64,000 nt of DNA from a virus (taxonomy: Duplodnaviria > Caudoviricetes). The stretch is taken from IMG/VR virus record IMGVR_UViG_3300037400_004242; one strand, 5' to 3'. Positions 18,028 to 28,207 of this stretch are shown in pieces (position 1 is the first letter of the stretch; each line of letters opens with the position of its first letter). Both the position numbers and the translations under genes were made by a program. The notes beneath the pieces are model-generated. The model ran no database searches. It was given only the letters and a program-made list of their open reading frames with translations, and was not told the origin of the DNA.

Positions 18028-18484
18028 AATGGAACATGAAACGCATGAAGGATTTGCAACGAATTTAGGAGTAAGAGTAAAAGTAAAAGAAGATGATGAT
18101 GAGATAAACATCTATTACTCTTTCAATAACTATAAAAATTTTATTAATATCATTGTGAAGTATCGTTTTTGTAGTCATTATTTAAAGAGTTATAATTTAT
18201 TAGATTATAATAAAGAAGAATGGATATATGGAGGGAAAGTAGGAGAAAAATGCAGTATATTGGAAGGAATTCAATCAGTACCTAAAATTATTCGGGAATT
18301 AACAACATTGGAAGAACTACAATATTCTGATTTAATTACAGATGAACGAGGAATAATTGAAAAACAATATGTTACATCTGATGATATAAAGAAAATGATA
18401 AAGATTGTAAATTTTATAGAACAACATTATAATGAAATATTATCAAAAGTGCGGTATTTTTTTTGCAAGTATCAAGGAGTATAA
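18017..18484 (+). CDS. G-phi tag family protein
   Basis: Ends RYFFCKYQGV*; alternative start 18029. Confidence 0.85.
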   Translation: MEYKMEHETHEGFATNLGVRVKVKEDDDEINIYYSFNNYKNFINIIVKYRFCSHYLKSYNLLDYNKEEWIYGGKVGEKCSILEGIQSVPKIIRELTTLEELQYSDLITDERGIIEKQYVTSDDIKKMIKIVNFIEQHYNEILSKVRYFFCKYQGV

Positions 18485-18502
18485 AATTTTTTCAAAAAGG
18501 TG

Positions 18503-18531
18503 TTGACAAAAATAGAAAGTTTTAGTATAGT
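18503..18531 (+). promoter_or_regulatory. sigma-70 promoter
   Basis: TTGACA-N17-TATAGT. Confidence 0.75.
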
Positions 18532-18568
18532 ATACATAGGATAAAGAGAACAAAAGGAGGAAAATAAA

Positions 18569-19840
18569 ATGAAAGAGGTCAACACGAACTTTTTGAAAAA
18601 GATAGATAAGCAGGTAATTGCGGAAGCATTTACAGAGAAAGAGAAGATGCATAAAGTAAGAACGTCAGGAGATTACGATGTTATTATTTCTATGCATGAA
18701 GATGGATTTCGAGTAGTAGATAGTATGGGAGAGTATGATGTTCAGAAAGCAGAAGTGAAAGTTTATGACATTATGGTAATTGACCATAAGAAAATGAATG
18801 TAAAGGGGAATCTTTCTCATACGGTAAATGTTTTTCAGGATTATATGGGAAAAGTTGCAGGAATTGTAGTAAATTATAAACAGAAGCATAATGTAGAAAC
18901 GGAAGGAGATAAATATCTTTCTTTACTGAAAAATGCGGAAGAAGGATTCAATGTAATTCCGATTGATGCATATGGAAGTCTGAACGAAAATGGCATTTAT
19001 AATTGCATTTTGGTAAAGAATGGGAAAGATGCATTTTTTATGAATTTACAGGATGACTACTACAATGCTGTATCTCTTTCTGATGATGAATACGACAGGT
19101 TTAATGTACCGATGGTATCCTGCTATGCAAAAGTAGGAAGCTATATGTTTGCGCTTTCTTCTCGTGAGCAGGTAGAAGTGCTGATGTCTTCATTTGAAGA
19201 TAATAAAGATATGATGAAAGCATATCGGATGTATCAGACGCTATATAAAGACTTTGATGACATGAACGAAGAAGAATTAGAAGATATGAAAATCGTTTGT
19301 GGCAAAGAATTTGAGCATCTGTATCAGCCTGTATTTAATGATGACAAGGATTGCATTAAGCTTCGCACGCCGATTGGTTACGACAAGAATTATTTTTATT
19401 ATGGGTACAAGGATAGTTACTATCTGAAGATGCATGATTCTACGACTTCTATTTCTTCTCAGATGGCATTTAAGCATATAGGAAGGGTAGCAAAGAAGGA
19501 TAAGTATACCCTTTATATTTACATGCTGTATCTGAATGAAGGACAGCAGAAATTGGATAGTTTCAAGGATATATACAAAGTAATAGAACTTGAAAAAGGG
19601 TATGTTGTCATGATGGATGAAACGGATGCATCAAAGGATATGTACTACGTAAAGACAAAGTATGGTATTTTGAAGATGCATTATGTAAATGATAACAACT
19701 ATCAGTGCATGGATAAATCAGAAAAGCAGTCGCAGTTAATTTTGGATACGATAGCGTTGCAGAAGCAGTACGAAAATAAGCTCAATGTCATGATGAAGAT
19801 GACAGGAAAGTCGAAAGCAGAATTGATGAAGAAAGGGTGA
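18569..19840 (+). CDS. hypothetical protein (paralog of the next gene)
   Basis: RBS aggagg; shares VYD, RxPIG, ExExGYV and C-terminal motifs with 19837. Confidence 0.8.
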   Translation: MKEVNTNFLKKIDKQVIAEAFTEKEKMHKVRTSGDYDVIISMHEDGFRVVDSMGEYDVQKAEVKVYDIMVIDHKKMNVKGNLSHTVNVFQDYMGKVAGIVVNYKQKHNVETEGDKYLSLLKNAEEGFNVIPIDAYGSLNENGIYNCILVKNGKDAFFMNLQDDYYNAVSLSDDEYDRFNVPMVSCYAKVGSYMFALSSREQVEVLMSSFEDNKDMMKAYRMYQTLYKDFDDMNEEELEDMKIVCGKEFEHLYQPVFNDDKDCIKLRTPIGYDKNYFYYGYKDSYYLKMHDSTTSISSQMAFKHIGRVAKKDKYTLYIYMLYLNEGQQKLDSFKDIYKVIELEKGYVVMMDETDASKDMYYVKTKYGILKMHYVNDNNYQCMDKSEKQSQLILDTIALQKQYENKLNVMMKMTGKSKAELMKKG

Positions 19841-21183
19841 TGAAAAAAATGGAAATCAAAATGGAAAACATGTGTAAGGATAAGAAAAAATCCTTTCGCA
19901 AATTTACGAGAGAATTAAATGAAGAAATTTTGAATCGCTCCTTTACTTCTGATAAAGTATATCAGTATGCATGTACCTTTAAAGGTACATGTGTATATGT
20001 GGTATATAATGGAAATGCTTTGGGGAATAATAGTACATATTGGTTAGCACAGGGGGAAGACTATCGAGGAGACTATAATAGCTCCTTGTATTCTTATGGT
20101 ACAAGTTACAGTTCATATGATGGAATTGTTGATTCTAGAAATATTTTGCATTTTGATGATTTAGAAGTTTATGATGTATTTATCATGAATGAATTAATGA
20201 TTCAGAGCAAATATAGTTACACATTGTATTGTGTAAAAGATATGTTCGGGAAGAAAATCTATTTTAAAAAAAGTTTTAAAAGAGATTTTTCAATTGAAGA
20301 AGCGAAACGTGTTTTGGAAAAATTCGATGAAAAGAATCCAAATTTAAAATTGACAAAGATTGATACAAACTTGTACTATGCTCAGGTAGGAAACCATGAA
20401 GAGTATCGTTCTATTTTGTATAAAAATGGAGAAGATATGATTTGTTTCTATATTTTTGATAAAAAATATGATAGCTATTACATGTATCATAATGAAGATG
20501 GATGGGATAAAATGGAGTATGGTACATTCCCACCAAAAATTACAATGGCAATAAAGCATGGCGATATTTGTTCTATTGTATATAAGCATGATGTATGTGA
20601 TATTTTAAAGAAAATTGGAAACAAAAAGTTAACAGAAATTTACTATGCATTATTTACAGATTTTGATAAGATGCGGAAGAAGGCAAAAGGGTATGTAAAG
20701 AGAATTCTTTATAAGAAGTATGATAAGCTCAGAAAACCGTTATATGAAAATGAGTATATGACGATAAAAGTAAGAAACCCGATTGGAGACTGCCCCGGTA
20801 TTCTTTATCGTCGTATGGGAACGTATAACGATACAAGTGGAGTTAAAATCAAAAGTAAAGAAAAAGATGTACTGATGTTGCAGAAAGCACATGAAGTCAT
20901 GGCAGGAATTACGAATGAGTTTCAGGAGGATTTGAAAAAACGAAATGTTTTGGAATTTGAACATGGATATGTATATTTGAATGGTGATAATAAAAAACGT
21001 TTCTTTATCAAGACAGAAAAATGTGGTGTTGTGAAGACAGATGAAAATCTTCCAAATTGTGTTTCGTTGAGAAATGAAAGTGAACTTGTTACAAATACGA
21101 AAAAACTCTTAAAAGAATATGAAAAGAAAAAAAATATTATGATACGTTTATTGGGTAAAAAAGAAGAAGAAATTTTTAAATAA
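19837..21183 (+). CDS. hypothetical protein (paralog of the previous gene)
   Basis: Long ORF followed by a terminator hairpin at 21189-21213. Confidence 0.8.
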   Translation: MMKKMEIKMENMCKDKKKSFRKFTRELNEEILNRSFTSDKVYQYACTFKGTCVYVVYNGNALGNNSTYWLAQGEDYRGDYNSSLYSYGTSYSSYDGIVDSRNILHFDDLEVYDVFIMNELMIQSKYSYTLYCVKDMFGKKIYFKKSFKRDFSIEEAKRVLEKFDEKNPNLKLTKIDTNLYYAQVGNHEEYRSILYKNGEDMICFYIFDKKYDSYYMYHNEDGWDKMEYGTFPPKITMAIKHGDICSIVYKHDVCDILKKIGNKKLTEIYYALFTDFDKMRKKAKGYVKRILYKKYDKLRKPLYENEYMTIKVRNPIGDCPGILYRRMGTYNDTSGVKIKSKEKDVLMLQKAHEVMAGITNEFQEDLKKRNVLEFEHGYVYLNGDNKKRFFIKTEKCGVVKTDENLPNCVSLRNESELVTNTKKLLKEYEKKKNIMIRLLGKKEEEIFK

Positions 21184-21264
21184 CGAAAGGACACGGTAAT
21201 TGAAGCCGTGTCTATTTTTTATATTTTATATAGGAAGTTTCTCAAAGGTAGAGGGGTGAAAAAT

Positions 21265-23373
21265 GTGCCGAAATATATTGTAACGGAAGATGAAAAACTT
21301 TGGGAACATAATTCAAAATGTGATTTATGTTCTGCAATAGATAATCAGTATAAATATGTATTAGATTTGAAAGCGGCGAAAGAGAATCCGTACTATATCG
21401 AGCAACAGATGAAAGTTCTAGAGCACATGTTAGTAGATGGGTATCATGTAATATTTACTTATGAAGCAAATGCGATAGAACATAAAAAAGTAAATAACTT
21501 GTTTCGCAATATGCAAATGTATAACGAAGATTTGTATAAGCACATGATACAAACTCGTGGTGGAAAAAAGCAAATATATAATAATACAACAATTACAGAC
21601 GCAAGTTTAATCTTTAGTCGTTTTTGTAGAGATTGTGGAGCAAGGAAGCTAGATATTGTAGATTCTGAGCGTTTATCAAATTTTAATTTTTTGTTTCAAG
21701 CGAAAGTAAGAAAAGATTTACATAGTATTGATGTAACATGGTTAAAATTAGATTATGATTTTCCGTATACTTTAAAATTATATAAAAGAGCAGATAATAC
21801 AGAAATAGATGATACTACAGATGATGAAGGATATAAATTAATTGCATCTTTGACAAAAAATGATACTTCTTATTATGATGATATAGTAGCAGATGGGCGT
21901 GCATATTATTATAAATTGGAATATATAGATGAAGATGGATTTGTTTTTCATACAGAAAAAACGGATGTATGGAATAAAGTATGGTTTGACCATATTCCAA
22001 AGCAGTTATTAAATTTGGAATATCATCAACATCGTCATTTGATTAAGAATCCATTTCATAAGTTAATCACAGAAGATTTTATTTATGCAACGTATGATAT
22101 AGACCCAAATGATAAAGATTTTGGAGAAGTATTTTTTAAAGTTAATGATGACCATGTTCCATCTGTAGATTTCTTTGTGAAAGATTATCAATTTGAAAAT
22201 AAAAAATATTTTAAATTTCCAAGTAAAGAAAAGTCTTATTTTGTAAAGCCATATATTAGAAGTAAGCTGTTTAAAAAAGATTGGGATAATGACCATCAGA
22301 TATATCCTGATTTATATTTTTGGAATACAGATATGCAAGCAAGTATTCTAAAATGGCATCCATTAGGTGATGACTTATATAATTTAAAATTTGAAGATGG
22401 AATTAGGAGTATGAAAATCAGTTATGATTTACGTATCCGAAATGATGTAGACCATGTACGAATTATGTTTAAACAAGATAATCAATATATTACAGATGAT
22501 GATGATGGAACATATAAAGTATTAGATGTTCCTGCACCACATGCTATTTATCATTATGAGGTAAATATTACGGGATTAGCAAGTAACAGCTATTGGGTAT
22601 TTGGTGTATTTCCTGTGTATAAGGGAAGTGACCCTGATATACAGTTAAAATATCAAACAATTGTAAAGATTCGTCCGTGGTATGCGGAAGACGAATGGTT
22701 TTTAGAGCCATTAGACTTTTATTATGTTGGAAAATGGTATTATGATAAAGATTTTGATTATTATGATATGCCAAGTTTGAATCATGTAATCGGTGGTAAT
22801 GCAAAACGTAAAAAAGTCATGATGGTAGATAAGCAACAAAAAAAAGATGTTGCCCCATTATTAATTCATAGAGATACTTGTTCAGAATGTTTTCAATTAG
22901 ATTTTGATTTTAAACAAATTTCAAAAACAGAACAGGATAGATTACACAATTATGTAAATCATAAGCGACAATTAAAAGTTGTTACAACACATGATTTGTG
23001 GGAGCATTATACAGAAAAATTCTATAATCTAGAATGGATGATTATTCGTTGGGACCAAATGAAAATGAGTGATAGTCCTTGGACTTGTAGTTACGTAGAT
23101 AATGTACATATTCATAATTATATCATTATAGACAAAGAAACAGATAATTTCACGAGAAAAGATGAAATTAAATTAATTAATGTACATTATTATAATCACA
23201 CATTTAAACATAATAGTATGCATCAGCATACAGCAGATAAGTGTTATCAGGTAGATGTAAAGATTAATCAATATATGCCTGATTATATTGATGCAAATAA
23301 TAATGGAATTGCTGATATTGATGAAGATTATACGGTTGGCGTTCCTGATGAGAACTTCGATTGGTTGCCTTGA
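21265..23373 (+). CDS. putative virion protein with Fn3/Ig-like domains
   Basis: GTG start after gagggg; Fn3-like YYDD...YYYKL and ITGLASNSYWVFGVFP; C-terminal DANNNGIAD calcium-binding-like motif. Confidence 0.55.
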   Translation: MPKYIVTEDEKLWEHNSKCDLCSAIDNQYKYVLDLKAAKENPYYIEQQMKVLEHMLVDGYHVIFTYEANAIEHKKVNNLFRNMQMYNEDLYKHMIQTRGGKKQIYNNTTITDASLIFSRFCRDCGARKLDIVDSERLSNFNFLFQAKVRKDLHSIDVTWLKLDYDFPYTLKLYKRADNTEIDDTTDDEGYKLIASLTKNDTSYYDDIVADGRAYYYKLEYIDEDGFVFHTEKTDVWNKVWFDHIPKQLLNLEYHQHRHLIKNPFHKLITEDFIYATYDIDPNDKDFGEVFFKVNDDHVPSVDFFVKDYQFENKKYFKFPSKEKSYFVKPYIRSKLFKKDWDNDHQIYPDLYFWNTDMQASILKWHPLGDDLYNLKFEDGIRSMKISYDLRIRNDVDHVRIMFKQDNQYITDDDDGTYKVLDVPAPHAIYHYEVNITGLASNSYWVFGVFPVYKGSDPDIQLKYQTIVKIRPWYAEDEWFLEPLDFYYVGKWYYDKDFDYYDMPSLNHVIGGNAKRKKVMMVDKQQKKDVAPLLIHRDTCSECFQLDFDFKQISKTEQDRLHNYVNHKRQLKVVTTHDLWEHYTEKFYNLEWMIIRWDQMKMSDSPWTCSYVDNVHIHNYIIIDKETDNFTRKDEIKLINVHYYNHTFKHNSMHQHTADKCYQVDVKINQYMPDYIDANNNGIADIDEDYTVGVPDENFDWLP

Positions 23374-23380
23374 TTCTAGA

Positions 23381-23409
23381 GAAGCGTATGTTAAAAGCAT
23401 ACGCTTTTT
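23381..23409 (+). terminator. intrinsic terminator
   Basis: AAGCGTATG/CATACGCTT hairpin with T tract. Confidence 0.75.
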
Positions 23410-23453
23410 CTATTTCTTTTTTAGAAAATCTATGAGAAGGAGTTGAAAGTAAT

Positions 23454-25202
23454 TTGAGTACGCTATTGGAACAAAATTTATATTCCCCTAGTATTACATC
23501 AATTGATGCAAATAACGACGTTGCAAATAGTCAGTTAGCAAACCGTACTTTATTTCTTAAAAAGTCATTAGAAGCATTGAAAAATTACGTAGCGACGTTT
23601 AAATCTGGCAATAAAACAGATTTAGATAAAATCACGTTACGTTTAGATAATTTAACAAATGATTTAAATAACTTATCAAGTGCATCTGCGACTTTGGATG
23701 TTACAACTGTTGCCGCAAAGTTGACAAAGATGACATCTGATTTGTCAAAATTGGAAACAGATTTTAAGAATCATAAACATAATTATGCTGGTTCTGCTTC
23801 TCCTAGTGGTGATGCAAACTCTGTAGATGTTTTGGATGATAACGTATCGGAATTAAATTTAGTTGGTGTAACAGAAACTATGCCAAATAAAATACGTAGA
23901 AATTCAGACATTACGATTGAAGGAGATAAAATTACTGCAACTACATTTATTGGTGGTTTACAAGGTGTTGCAGATAAAGCTAAAAAATTGCATAAGCCTG
24001 CCACAATTACATTAAGTGGTGATGTTCAAGGTGCTGTAAAATTTGATGGTAGTACAGATGTTGTTATTAATACGAATATTCGTGACCAGAATGTTACAGC
24101 AGGTGAATATGGTACTGTTGGTAATTTTACATTAGGAATGGCAGGTTCCTTTACAGTACCTGATATTATTGTAAATAGTTTAGGTTTAATTACATCTATT
24201 CGTAATAGAACAATTACAATGCCTACAAATTTGGCAACGAATGGTGTAACAAGTTCTTTAAATTCTGAGAAAAAATTATTTATTTTAGGTGCTTCAGAAC
24301 AAGATGAACGTGCCGCAACATATTCTCAAAATGGATGCTTTATGAAAGAAAAACATCTTTACTCTAATAGTAAAGAAGTTGTAAATTTAGATGACTTTCA
24401 GGCATTAAAAAATAAAACATATGAAGGATATACATTAGGTGATGCTTGTGCGCATGGTGTAGATACCACTATTGGTGGTTCAGCAGATGATGATAGATTA
24501 GTCACCAGTAATGCTTTATATCGTCATAAGCATAAATATGCTTTAAGTGATACGATTGATGGCAAGGCTTTGTATGTTCATGTTTATGATGATAACATTA
24601 ATAAGACATACATTGTAAATAATAATGATAAAAAAGGAAGACTAACTAGAAACACGACAATGTATATTCAAGGGAATGGACTGTTTTCGCATGACTTAAC
24701 TGCAACAGATAACATGTTTATTCCTGGTGGTCGTATTTGGATTGATTCGGAAAAAGTTCCAATTGATTCAGAAGCATGGTCAGGAAAGGCTGATATTATT
24801 AAAGATGTAAGCGATGCAATTGACCGTTCTGTGGAAGTAACATTAGCTCCTTCTGTTGCAGGAACAGGATTAGGTGTTTCTGTAAAAGTATATGCAGGTT
24901 CACTACTTTGTTACTCTCCTGCTGGTTATGTTTTCGCAGATTGTAAGAGTGATGCAACATGTGATAATGTTGTATTAGCAGTTACAGATGGTATTACGAA
25001 CAAAGTACGTGTTTTATATAGTGGAAGATATGATTTAGGCTCAAATACCAATAATGGTAAAAATTGTTATGTTGGGATTAATGGTTTAATTAGTTATAAT
25101 CCAATTTTAACAAAAGGACGCTATAACAAGAAAATTGGTTATGTAGAAAATAATTTCCTTGTATTTGAACCAACGCATTATGCTTTGTATAACAGACCAT
25201 AA
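23454..25202 (+). CDS. tail fibre protein A
   Basis: QLANRTLFLK, coiled coil, HKHNYAGS, ITLSGDVQGAVKFDGS; paralog of 29549. Confidence 0.8.
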   Translation: MSTLLEQNLYSPSITSIDANNDVANSQLANRTLFLKKSLEALKNYVATFKSGNKTDLDKITLRLDNLTNDLNNLSSASATLDVTTVAAKLTKMTSDLSKLETDFKNHKHNYAGSASPSGDANSVDVLDDNVSELNLVGVTETMPNKIRRNSDITIEGDKITATTFIGGLQGVADKAKKLHKPATITLSGDVQGAVKFDGSTDVVINTNIRDQNVTAGEYGTVGNFTLGMAGSFTVPDIIVNSLGLITSIRNRTITMPTNLATNGVTSSLNSEKKLFILGASEQDERAATYSQNGCFMKEKHLYSNSKEVVNLDDFQALKNKTYEGYTLGDACAHGVDTTIGGSADDDRLVTSNALYRHKHKYALSDTIDGKALYVHVYDDNINKTYIVNNNDKKGRLTRNTTMYIQGNGLFSHDLTATDNMFIPGGRIWIDSEKVPIDSEAWSGKADIIKDVSDAIDRSVEVTLAPSVAGTGLGVSVKVYAGSLLCYSPAGYVFADCKSDATCDNVVLAVTDGITNKVRVLYSGRYDLGSNTNNGKNCYVGINGLISYNPILTKGRYNKKIGYVENNFLVFEPTHYALYNRP

Positions 25203-25220
25203 TAAAAGAGGTGAAATATT

Positions 25221-26153
25221 TTGAAATATATTAATCCAGGATTCCCACAAGTATTTCAATATCAGACGATGAATGATAATACAATAGGTGATGACCCAAA
25301 TCACGAAGTAAGTGTTACGGGATTTTTCACACGTTTAAGTGAAAATGATATGGATGTATTTTATAAGGAAACGGATTTAACAAAAGAATTTTGGATAATG
25401 TTTGATTTAACATGGCAACAAAGTGATTTAACAACAAGTTTTCTTTCCACATGGACAAAGATATTTGATTTTTATAATGATGCTGACCCGACAAGATTTT
25501 TACAATTTTGTTATCGTCAGTATCAAGGTGCTGTATATGAAGTTGCTATGATGACAAGTAGTGGTGTTGTATTAGGTAATACGATTCGTGTTCGTCGTAA
25601 TGAATTAAATACATTTGAACTTCATGTAACTGTACAGAATGTATCTATTGTTGAAATTTTCTTAAATGGTCGTTTAAAGCAAACAGTTTTGGATACATCA
25701 TTGTATTCTACAACGGGCGGCTCAAATCAAATGAATCGTGTGAATTTTTATTGCCATTATGTTACGGATATGAATTTATGTTTATCTCATGTCATTTATA
25801 ATGATACAGGAAAAATTGGTAATGAACGTATTCATATGTTGACAACGGATTTAGTTCAGCAGACAGTTGCAAATGGTTCTACAGGCAAGTTTAAAATCAT
25901 AGAAACATTAGATACGAGTTTATATAAAGATATTGTGGATTTTGGAATTGTTTCTAAAGTAGAAAATGAAGATTCAGTACCTACAGAAGTAACAACATAT
26001 CTTGAAGCACAGCAAATTGATAAATATATAGTAAAAGCAAATGCTGAAAAATATAGCATTGATTTTACACCTCAAAATGCAGAAACAGGGAGCCAATTTA
26101 CTGCTAGTTATTTAACGAATAAAAATATTAATATTTTGACGGATAGGAAGTGA
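25221..26153 (+). CDS. putative tail/receptor-binding protein, YxNPG family
   Basis: N-terminal KYINPGF; beta-rich. Confidence 0.6.
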   Translation: MKYINPGFPQVFQYQTMNDNTIGDDPNHEVSVTGFFTRLSENDMDVFYKETDLTKEFWIMFDLTWQQSDLTTSFLSTWTKIFDFYNDADPTRFLQFCYRQYQGAVYEVAMMTSSGVVLGNTIRVRRNELNTFELHVTVQNVSIVEIFLNGRLKQTVLDTSLYSTTGGSNQMNRVNFYCHYVTDMNLCLSHVIYNDTGKIGNERIHMLTTDLVQQTVANGSTGKFKIIETLDTSLYKDIVDFGIVSKVENEDSVPTEVTTYLEAQQIDKYIVKANAEKYSIDFTPQNAETGSQFTASYLTNKNINILTDRK

Positions 26154-26160
26154 GGATGGA

Positions 26161-27135
26161 GTGAAAGTTTTATATGCAAATCCAGGGTATTATCAATTTT
26201 TACCTTGTAAAGTAACAGTATTAAAAGAAAATTCTGATAGGCATACAAATACAGGAACATCATTCTCATTAGATACTGGGGAAGAAAGAGAATTATTCTA
26301 TACAGATGAATTACATGAACACGAAATTTATTTTAATGTAGATGTTGCTTTTTCAAATCCTAGTCATTCAAATTTAAAAGTTCCATTTTTGAAATTTGAA
26401 ACAAATCATTTTTTGAACAAATATTTAGCAATTTATTTGGATGCGGATGATAATACGCTTGTAGTTACAAATATAGATAAGAATGGGACATATAGAGAAA
26501 TTGGCAGGATTCCAAATATGCGTCCATTATTAGATTTTTTTAATATTAATGTACATTTGTTTAATAACTATAATTCAGCGATGCTGAAAAAAGAAAAAAT
26601 CGAAGTTATTGTAAATAATGATGAAACTAGAAAACTAGAATCTGTTTCTACAGATTATTATTCTAGTTCACAAATTATAAATGTATATGTTGGTGGAGGA
26701 ATTGGTGGAGCAGGAGAAAAGGTGTTTTTCTCTAGCTTAGTTGTTGATAATACAGATACTATAGCAAAACGTTGCATTGTAGTTCCAATTCAAATAGATA
26801 AAAATCAATGGAAAATTGATGGTGGGAATTATACAGCAGATGATAAGAATTTGGAATTAACGTATAAAGCAAAACCAGCAGATTTCTTAAAAAATACGTA
26901 TGTATTAAATAATTCGACAGAAGTTCTTTCTTTACAAATGGGTGGAATACCTGCATTTTGTATTGGCGCGTCGGATGTAGAATGTTTAATTGATGGGACA
27001 TCTATTGGTACATATGCTTTACCAACACAAAAAGAATATGGTGTAGAGACAGAGCAAATAGAGAAAAATCCATCAAATAATTTCATATGGAATGTTAATA
27101 GTATTTCACAAGCTAAATTTACAATTAAAAGCTAA
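26161..27135 (+). CDS. putative tail/receptor-binding protein, YxNPG family
   Basis: N-terminal LYANPGYYQFLPC. Confidence 0.6.
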   Translation: MKVLYANPGYYQFLPCKVTVLKENSDRHTNTGTSFSLDTGEERELFYTDELHEHEIYFNVDVAFSNPSHSNLKVPFLKFETNHFLNKYLAIYLDADDNTLVVTNIDKNGTYREIGRIPNMRPLLDFFNINVHLFNNYNSAMLKKEKIEVIVNNDETRKLESVSTDYYSSSQIINVYVGGGIGGAGEKVFFSSLVVDNTDTIAKRCIVVPIQIDKNQWKIDGGNYTADDKNLELTYKAKPADFLKNTYVLNNSTEVLSLQMGGIPAFCIGASDVECLIDGTSIGTYALPTQKEYGVETEQIEKNPSNNFIWNVNSISQAKFTIKS

Positions 27136-27156
27136 ATGATGGGGAGGTAAAAAGAA

Positions 27157-28203
27157 TTGAGTATTTTATATGCAAATCCAGGGTATTATCAATTCTTGCC
27201 CTGTCATATAACGACAAGATGTCAGAATAATACTGTATCTACGAAATCGAATACAGGAATTTGTTTGGAATTAGCACAATTTGATGAATATCCTTTGTTT
27301 TGGAATAAAATGATAGACCATACAAAAGTATTTATGAATTTTGATATAAGAAATGTTTATCCATTAATGAATACAAAAAAGAAAATGGACAATTTTGCTT
27401 CTCATCCAATTATTTATGTAACAACATCCTCAACATTATATCCACGAATCGAATTTCGTCAGAAAATAGATGATAATACGCATGATTTAAAATATCAAAT
27501 TGTTGTTATTAAAAATAATGGGTTGGAAATAAATTTATTTGAAACAAAAGATAACTTGTATTCTAATATGAGAAATCGTTTGTATAATATGAAAATAAAT
27601 TTTAATATTGAAGCTCCAAAAGCAAGTATTAAAATGATATTTAATAATGATTCTAATTTCTCATATTCAGTAGATGATATGATTTATTTGTTCGATGCAT
27701 CTGGTCCAGTATTTATTAAGAACGTATATATTTGTGGTTCGGCAACAGATGATAATATTTTAACAAAAGAAGAAGTTATGGACTTTTCAGACATTTTGGT
27801 TGCTGATGAAGATTTGACAGATGTTCATTGTATAGATTTACCAATAGAAATGAATTATTCTGATTGGGGAATTACAACAGGAGATTTGTATAATTCTAGT
27901 AAAGATAAAGATTTGATTAAATATCATATAGATATGAATCGATTTAAAGACAAATATACATTTTATGATAATACAGAAATTAAAGGAATATTTTTTGGTG
28001 GAGATATTGCATATAGTGATGGTGCAAATGAATTAATTTTCTATATAAATAAGAATAAAGTAGATAGGAAACAATTAGCTTTAAATAATAAGTATGGATG
28101 TATTTCAAAAATTTTGGAAGTAAATCCTGTTACAAATGATACTTGGACAAGAGAAGAAATGGAAGATTTAATATTTACAATTGAAAACCATGTAAAGGGG
28201 TGA
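27157..28203 (+). CDS. putative tail/receptor-binding protein, YxNPG family
   Basis: N-terminal LYANPGYYQFLPC; C-terminal NPVTNDTW. Confidence 0.6.
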   Translation: MSILYANPGYYQFLPCHITTRCQNNTVSTKSNTGICLELAQFDEYPLFWNKMIDHTKVFMNFDIRNVYPLMNTKKKMDNFASHPIIYVTTSSTLYPRIEFRQKIDDNTHDLKYQIVVIKNNGLEINLFETKDNLYSNMRNRLYNMKINFNIEAPKASIKMIFNNDSNFSYSVDDMIYLFDASGPVFIKNVYICGSATDDNILTKEEVMDFSDILVADEDLTDVHCIDLPIEMNYSDWGITTGDLYNSSKDKDLIKYHIDMNRFKDKYTFYDNTEIKGIFFGGDIAYSDGANELIFYINKNKVDRKQLALNNKYGCISKILEVNPVTNDTWTREEMEDLIFTIENHVKG

Positions 28204-28207
28204 TAAT

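Noticed and set aside
1394-18484. G-V endings explained purely as Shine-Dalgarno (GGAG) sequences for the next gene
   Set aside because: GGC, GGT and GGG codons occur, operon-terminal genes keep the motif, and conservation extends to positions -6 and -15. RBS overlap is at most a secondary use.
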